Assembly: GCA_964248365.1 (NCBI GenBank)
Contig: CAXTYC010000053.1
Coordinates: forward strand, 1-25,720
Source: an uncultured Chroococcidiopsis sp.
GTDB taxonomy: Bacteria > Cyanobacteriota > Cyanobacteriia > Cyanobacteriales > Chroococcidiopsidaceae
DNA: 25,720 bases
Reading direction: 5' to 3'
The notes under the pieces were generated by a model. That model searched no databases. It was not told where the DNA came from and saw nothing but the letters and a program-made list of their open reading frames with translations. Shown here piece after piece: positions 20,374-25,720 of the stretch. A program made the translations under genes and the position numbers. The first letter of the stretch is position 1, and every line of letters begins with the position of its first letter.

Positions 20374-21405
20374 TATATTCTTGTTCTATCATCATTAATT
20401 TTGTAGTAAAAACTGAATGCATAAAAATATGTTACATCACCAGGCTTTGTTAAAAGAACAATTACAAAAATACTATGTTGAATTTGACATTGCTATGGGA
20501 AAAGGAACGGGGTATTTCAGGCAGGTCGAAAAGTTTAGGGGACAGAACCAAGAGAGTTTCAATTTTTTCAGAAAATTATATGAAAATAACAACTTTTTAA
20601 AGGTTGAACCTCAAGATAATCCCAAAATCCCCAAAATTATTCATCAGATATGGATTGGCAATCGTCAGATTCCTTCAAAATTGCAAGAATACCAAAAAAC
20701 TTGATGCGGACAAAATCTATATTGGGAGTATAGAGTTTGGACTAATAAAGAAGTAATAAACTATAAGTTTATTAATGAAAATCTTAAGTTTTTATTTGAC
20801 CAGGCTTTGACTTTAGGTGAACGAGTTGATGTACTTCGATATGATATTTTGTACCAATATGGAGGAATATATGCTGACTATGATTGTATTTGTTTAAAGC
20901 CGTTTGATGTTTTTGTTTATTGTTATGACTTTTTTGCTGGTATGTTTCCACCTATGTTCGCTAATATGGAAACAGCACTTTTTTTGCAAAACTGTCTGAT
21001 TGGAGCAAAGCCCAAACATCCGATTATCAAAGACTTAGCATCGCTATTGGTGGAAAATTGGGACAAGGTTGAATATAAAGATGATGAATTTTATACTACT
21101 ATCAAACAAACATTTTATGGACTAACGCTGGCGGCAATTCATGAGGCAGGAAAATATAATAATATAGATATTGCTATGCCTCCACCATATTTCTCTCCGA
21201 TTACCACCTATCCAGTATTCGATCTGATGATTAGGGGATTTAAGGATACAATACTAGGATTGTTTAACAAGAAATTGACACCATACTCTTCATTTAAAGA
21301 TTACAGCTTTGCTCACCATTATTCAACAAAAGAATGGGTAAAGGACATATATTCAACAATTACGTTTAAACATAAAGGATGGACGTTACTTAATTTAAAA
21401 GATTG

Positions 21406-22354
21406 GGTAGTGGTAAATATGTAGTGAAAGTTGGTTCAAGCCTGTAAGCAGGCATTGTAGTAGTGGATAAAATACCAAATAGCACCAAAATGATTTTCTA
21501 GTTTTTTTGAAAAAGATAAAGTGGTTTTAACTAGGCGAGAAATTCGTTGACGCATAGTACTGTTAAAGCGTTCAATATGATTAGTTTTACCACTCTCTTT
21601 TCTCACTGCTCGATGACGTTTTTTTGGGATAACGTTTTGATAGGATGCCCAAAAATCTGTGTAACAAATAGCGCATTGACGATAAACGGATGGCAAAGAG
21701 TTCCATAATTCTGAGGCTCCTTGTTTGCTACGATCACCAATGTAAACACCCACAATTTCTCTGGTGTTTCTGTCCATTGCCAGCCATATCCATTGCTGAT
21801 TTCCCTTGCAATCTACAAATGACCATGCCTCATCACATTCAACAGTTAATTTTCCCTTTGGCTTGTTTGAAACCTTTACTTGTCTATTAACATGAGCGTA
21901 TTTATCGTTGACATACTCTTGAAGCCATGTTTCTGAAACTTGAACAGCACGAGCGATGCCAGCTAAGGAAATCTTTTCAAGTAAAAGCCGATCTATTAGT
22001 TCTTTAGTTTCAGGGTCAACGACTTTCTTTGTCGAACTTTCTACAAACTGTCAAAGACAGTCTTGACACTGAAATTTAGGCTTTTTATTATGAATTCTGC
22101 CATTTTTGACAGTGTGATGAGAATGACAACGAGGACAAGTAGGTCTGGACTCTGACATCAGCGCTGCAATCGTTAAAATTTGACTTATTTTGAACTTATT
22201 AAAACTACCATTTTACCATGTTGGCTTAGTTAAAACGGTTTGAGCAACAAAAAATCTTGAGATGTTAAGTTTAATAAGCGCCATAATTAAGCTCAAGCAA
22301 CGGAAGTAATTTAAGTTAGTAAGCATAAATTTTCACTACATATTTACCACTACC
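21406..22354 (-). mobile_element. IS1-family insertion sequence, 949 bp
   Basis: Perfect 24-bp TIR GGTAGTGGTAAATATGTAGTGAAA; 9-bp TSD AAAAGATTG at 21397-21405 and 22355-22363. Confidence 0.96.
21436..22158 (-). pseudogene. IS1 transposase (InsA and InsB in one frame) with a nonsense codon
   Basis: MSESRPTCPRC...CQDCL*QFVE Zn ribbon, HTH, 'ECDEAWSFV', 'YTDFW' and 'TNHIERFN'; TGA at 22053-22051. Confidence 0.92.
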
Positions 22355-22503
22355 AAAAGATTGGTGGTTATTATTGACAGCAAAAGCCCAGAATAAATCT
22401 AATAAAAAGCACATTGCAAGACAAACTTTCGCCGAACTTATCTCTCGTTAAACGATCTGTATTTTGAGTATTTAAACAATACGTGCCTGTTGACTGGTAA
22501 TGC

Positions 22504-23381
22504 TTACTGACCCTGAACTGCTTTTTCGGCTGCGGCTACGGCTTTGTCAAACCCATCAGCATCTTGAAATAATGGGGCTAGCAGACCATGACTCCAGTAT
22601 TTTTTAGGGATATTCTTTACCGGATCATCTAAAGACAGTTGTTGAAGAGAATACTTTAGGGCTTCTTTTAGATCGTAATAAGGAATATCACCTACAGGCT
22701 GGTCAAGAAGCCCCTGAGCTTTGGCTTGATCATAGGTCATCTCTTGAGCATACTTTTTACCAGGTACTTTAACTAGATAAGGGTGTTTATAAAAACTTAG
22801 TACCTTCCACATATCTTCTGTCAGGGTAATACCAGGTAGCCCCTTACTGCTCGGTTTACCTGTCCATGTGGGGGGTAAACTAGCTGATCTATTATACTAA
22901 TGAACTCTACCCAGATGCGATACAGCCCTAGTGCTGTTTCAATGTGTCGCTGGGTTTGAGTACGATACTCTAGAGACTCTTGATAAGACCTAGCCTTACC
23001 CCATGCATGGCTGTGGATGTCCTCAAGTTTGTCAGCAGTGAATGAGGCTAGTAAGGATACAGCGCGATCTCGCTTGGCTTTAGCTATCCGGTCAGACTCT
23101 GCTACCATCTGCCATATTAGAGCTACACCAGGAGACTTCACTATAGTGACGGGTCTATTAGAGCCTTCTACGTGGACATCTTCACATAGAAAAGCTTTGC
23201 AGGCTAAGGCTTTAGGGTCATTTTTGTTGAGTAAACTTCCGATAGACTTAGAGGACATACCTACAGTCTCACCCACCGCAGTTAGGCTCATACCCTGATC
23301 ACCGTCTTCTAGCAGAAAGCTATCACCTGGGATATCATCAGTTAGTTGAATACTCTTCCGAGGTGCAATATACTTACTCAT
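22504..23381 (-). pseudogene. Phage-like (antirepressor/P63C-like?) protein split by a frameshift in a C6 run
   Basis: The frames of the 186-aa and 102-aa ORFs overlap at the G6 run 22870-22875 ('LVYP' to 'PTWTGKPSSKGLPGITLTEDMWKV'); family assignment is by resemblance only. Confidence 0.5.
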
Positions 23382-23397
23382 TTCAGCTTATGTCCTT

Positions 23398-23415
23398 TGA
23401 TACCATGTGGTATCA
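23398..23415. promoter_or_regulatory. Perfect 18-bp palindrome TGATACCA-TG-TGGTATCA; candidate operator
   Basis: 8-bp inverted repeat ending 17 bp upstream of the ATG at 23381. Confidence 0.55.
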
Positions 23416-23467
23416 TTAAATATATGTGTGTGTGGGTAAAACTCAAGTGGTGTAACCCTAATAGGTG

Positions 23468-23747
23468 CTGAACACCCGCAGGAGCTAAGCAACAGCATGA
23501 AAGTTAAGCACTTGATCCTATGTTTCAAGTACCTAGCTACAGAAAAGCTGTTATATCATTTGCAAAGCTTACGATGCCTATGTTGGCTGACTACGAGCCC
23601 AGCCTAAAATAAGGCTAGACGTTGCATCACTCAGTTATAAGGCTGTTCATTACCTCTTGACCCTATTTCCTGGCTTACTCATGCCTACTTTGCGGGTTTC
23701 TTCTGGTATTCCCCGAACAGTCCCTACATCTGAGTGATGTTATTCAG
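23468..23747 (-). ncRNA. Candidate ~280-nt multi-domain structured RNA, family unknown
   Basis: Closing stem CUGAAUA/UGUUCAG encloses three stems; many G-U pairs are possible only on the minus strand; no ORF of 60 aa or more in the track. Confidence 0.6.
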
Positions 23748-23823
23748 TTATGCCTTGGTTACAGTAGGACTGACATCAGTGCGATCGCGGAATACCCCAA
23801 GAAGTTATAGTGATCGCATTCAT

Positions 23824-23846
23824 GAGGGGCTAATAGATAACCCCTC
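23824..23846 (-). terminator. Stem-loop after the 94-aa ORF (terminator or stabiliser; no U-tract)
   Basis: GAGGGGUUA-UCUAU-UAGCCCCUC, a 9-bp stem 10 nt after the stop. Confidence 0.45.
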
Positions 23847-23856
23847 AAACCTCCCT

Positions 23857-24141
23857 CTAATGCGATCGGTTCCTTAGTAACTCTTGCAATAACCGTTCAA
23901 TACCGATCACAGCATCGTCAAGCCTGTCTAGCCGTGCTTCATTGCTATTTATCCGTGCTTCAGTCCTAATGTTAAACTCAACAATAGTTTGCACTAGTGC
24001 ATCTACAGAGGCTCTAGTACTGGCAATATCCGCTCTATTGGCTGCTACATCATTACTGATAGCCTCAATAGCCCTAGCGTTAGACTCTACTATTGCCGCA
24101 AGTCGGTCTAGTCGCTCATCATTCCAACGTTCAGTAGACAT
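23857..24141 (-). CDS. Small coiled-coil hypothetical protein
   Basis: AAGGAG RBS; heptad pattern 'ERLDRLAAIVESNARAIEA', common in cyanobacterial accessory DNA. Confidence 0.8.
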   Translation of the reverse strand: MSTERWNDERLDRLAAIVESNARAIEAISNDVAANRADIASTRASVDALVQTIVEFNIRTEARINSNEARLDRLDDAVIGIERLLQELLRNRSH

Positions 24142-24197
24142 TTTTACTCCTTAAATATCATGCATTTCTACTATGGGATGTAGTATGCTAGGTGTTG

Positions 24198-24377
24198 CTA
24201 CATTGCCATTGAAGTAAGTTGTAGCCAGTGCTTTAGGTTCAGTACCTTTTGATGCAGATGTGGGATATTACTAGTGTATTCGGGTCGTAGTGTTGTCTCG
24301 AATAAGATCAACTCTTTCTCTATCCGTGCTAAGTCCTGATGAATGCCTTGTACCGTCTTGTTGCGATCGCGCTTGGT
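24198..24377 (-). pseudogene. 59-codon ORF remnant with its 5' end at the IS boundary
   Basis: Open frame TKRDRNKTVQGIHQDLARIEKEL...SMAM* with no start codon, beginning at the putative IS end. Confidence 0.4.
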
Positions 24378-24379
24378 CA

Positions 24380-25720
24380 GGGCTGAAAGTGCGTCAACTA
24401 AGTGCTATCTGTAAATTTTCCATTGATTAGGTAGCCTGGGCAGGAAACCAAAGTTGCTGCCACTGCCCGTTAAGTTCAACTACGCGCAGCAGACTCAAGG
24501 CTCTACTACCCAAGGGTCTCCAACTCATGGCTTTCTTCTTCTGACGGCGTCCAACTGTTAAATCTACCCCCTTCTCCATCCGCCCACTGCCAATGGTTTT
24601 ACCAAGGCGGCGACGCCGATTGTAATTAATGATTTCTGAGTGATGCTTTTCAAGATAGCCAATTAATTCTGACCACTTCTGTTGATTTCTAACTGTCACC
24701 TGAGTTCTTAAGTAGTCCAGAGCATTATCAACTAACCCCAGCCAGAGTTGCGGAATTAAAAACTTCAGATGGGTAGTTTTTTCTGATTTGTTGACAGCAA
24801 TCATCGACATGAGTTGTCGGAGCTTTCTACAGAGGTGATACCAATCTAAAATCACAGTGACTGCCACCCCAAAGATGGCAAGCAGCCTGTTACGAATGAC
24901 TCTAGCTCCATCAGTAATGGCTACTATGTTTAAGGGGCGATTTTCGTTACTATACTCTTGAATAACTTTAGCTTGCACCACGGTAGCTAAAGAAAGTAAG
25001 TCTTTACCTTCTGCATTCGTGGGGGCAGTGATGTATTCAAATCCTCCAGTTGATTTTTGCAGCATGACAACATCTGTCATCACGACTGGAGTTTTTGCCT
25101 CAAGAGTGCTCTGGTCCTTCTTCTCCTTATTGGGCTTGGCTTTGGACTGCCGCTCAGCTTTTTGGCTTTTGACTTGTATGCCATCATCAAACAACAAAAT
25201 TTCCTTTTCTTCTACATCGTAAATGTCTACTTTGGAGTTTACTCTTAGCAACTCTAAAGTGGGTCGTGCCACAATCTTTGCTACTTCCTTTTGGATATCT
25301 TGGCTGATTACCAGGGCTTTATCACTAACAATCTGCCAAATCTTCTGGTCGCTCAATAAGTACCCACCAGTTATTCTTTCCACTAGCTTTTCAACTTCTT
25401 TATAGCTGAGCCGATTGCTATAGTAAGCACACAATTCCTGTAATCTAGGACTAATATATCCCTCTGTTAGTTGCTGACTCAGCTCGAAGTAGCTTTTCCC
25501 TTGACCTTGCACTTGATATTTCTGCAACTGAAACTGAAACTTCCCGTGCATAGTTTTAATGTAGACAGGAGTAGTGCCATTACAGCTCAGTTCACTGTTT
25601 TTTTACCTGTTGGGTGAACTGGTCTTGCGCCTGAGTCAATAAATCAGCTTCAATGCTTTACGTCTATGCTTTTTGATGGAGAGGAGATTGGCTTTTGAGT
25701 CACTAACCACTCGCCAATAC
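24380..25720 (-). mobile_element. ISKra4/ISLre2-like (Mutator-type DDE) insertion sequence, running off the window
   Basis: Transposase ORF; putative terminal sequence GGGCTGAAAGTGCGTC 47 bp beyond the stop; the other end is not visible. Confidence 0.7.
24427..25551 (-). CDS. ISKra4/ISLre2-like transposase, catalytic portion
   Basis: 'LLFDDGI', 'ITDGA', 'LDWYH' (DxxH) and 'IGSGRMEK..RRQKKKAMSW'; the frame stays open upstream to the A7 run at 25598-25604. Confidence 0.85.
   Translation of the reverse strand: MHGKFQFQLQKYQVQGQGKSYFELSQQLTEGYISPRLQELCAYYSNRLSYKEVEKLVERITGGYLLSDQKIWQIVSDKALVISQDIQKEVAKIVARPTLELLRVNSKVDIYDVEEKEILLFDDGIQVKSQKAERQSKAKPNKEKKDQSTLEAKTPVVMTDVVMLQKSTGGFEYITAPTNAEGKDLLSLATVVQAKVIQEYSNENRPLNIVAITDGARVIRNRLLAIFGVAVTVILDWYHLCRKLRQLMSMIAVNKSEKTTHLKFLIPQLWLGLVDNALDYLRTQVTVRNQQKWSELIGYLEKHHSEIINYNRRRRLGKTIGSGRMEKGVDLTVGRRQKKKAMSWRPLGSRALSLLRVVELNGQWQQLWFPAQAT

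Larger units (their letters stand above)
20417..22451 (+). pseudogene. GT32 / DXD-type glycosyltransferase with a nonsense codon and an IS1 insertion
   Basis: 'KIPKIIHQIWIG', 'DVLRYDILYQYGGIYADYD'; in-frame TGA at 20702-20704. Removing the IS restores ...LKDWWLLLTAKAQ...ELISR*, ending at 22451. Confidence 0.88.

Noticed and set aside
20702..20704. TGA recoding (selenocysteine or Trp) in the glycosyltransferase
   Set aside because: TGA is a normal stop elsewhere (iaaA), the position is Trp-like rather than Cys-like, and the gene is also IS-disrupted
15225..22875. All frameshifts being long-read homopolymer errors
   Set aside because: None occur in ~15 kb of core genes, and they co-occur with nonsense codons, a deletion and IS insertions. 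Individual cases still need read checking
23540..23725. Group I intron core (CUGUUC..GGAA / AAUGAACAGCC P4-like; GCAACGUCUA R-like)
   Set aside because: No proper P7 pairing or S element, the P4-like helix is part of one continuous 24-bp rod, and no host gene is interrupted
23640..23730. Cobalamin riboswitch (GGGGAA...CCCGCAA..GUA...AAGCCAGGA in order on the minus strand)
   Set aside because: The spacing is too short, the GGUG..AAUUCC T-loop stem is missing, and no B12-related gene lies downstream
23625..23739. Retron msr-msd or IS110 bridge RNA
   Set aside because: No reverse transcriptase or IS110 recombinase in the window, and no long msd hairpin inside the inverted repeat
25711..25720. 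tcgcCAATAC at the window edge, resembling the MITE left junction
   Set aside because: Only 6 nt of TIR-like sequence are visible and it lies within IS coding sequence; cannot be supported

Overview
Cyanobacterial chromosomal window, judged from abundant HIP1 (GCGATCGC) sites and many 7-9-nt short tandem repeats (STRRs). Positions 1-17.1 kb are mostly housekeeping genes: a small EamA/SMR transporter, a TerB-like/Mo-nitrogenase-C protein, obgE, a serine hydrolase, a TrmJ-type methyltransferase, DUF2256, isoaspartyl peptidase, glmU, an HD-GYP response regulator, an MnmC/MnmD-like methyltransferase, gyrB, miaA, an SGNH hydrolase, a HEPN-type two-gene pair and glcD. Repeat elements have entered several reading frames in frame (miaA, the MnmD-like gene, and the C-termini of obgE, the serine hydrolase and trmJ). 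From 17.1 kb onward the window is a decaying accessory zone. It holds a MITE with a 10-bp target duplication inside a REP-like hairpin, a RAYT fragment, an orphan TnpB omega-RNA-like module, a broken type I HsdR, a GT32 glycosyltransferase split by an IS1, a phage-like segment and an ISKra4/ISLre2-like transposase. The best novelty candidates are (i) an unannotated ~280-nt multi-domain structured RNA on the minus strand at 23468-23747, upstream of a phage-like gene, and (ii) an apparently intact omega-RNA scaffold with no tnpB, whose guide would be RAYT sequence. All family and structure calls were made by eye; no searches or folding programs were run.
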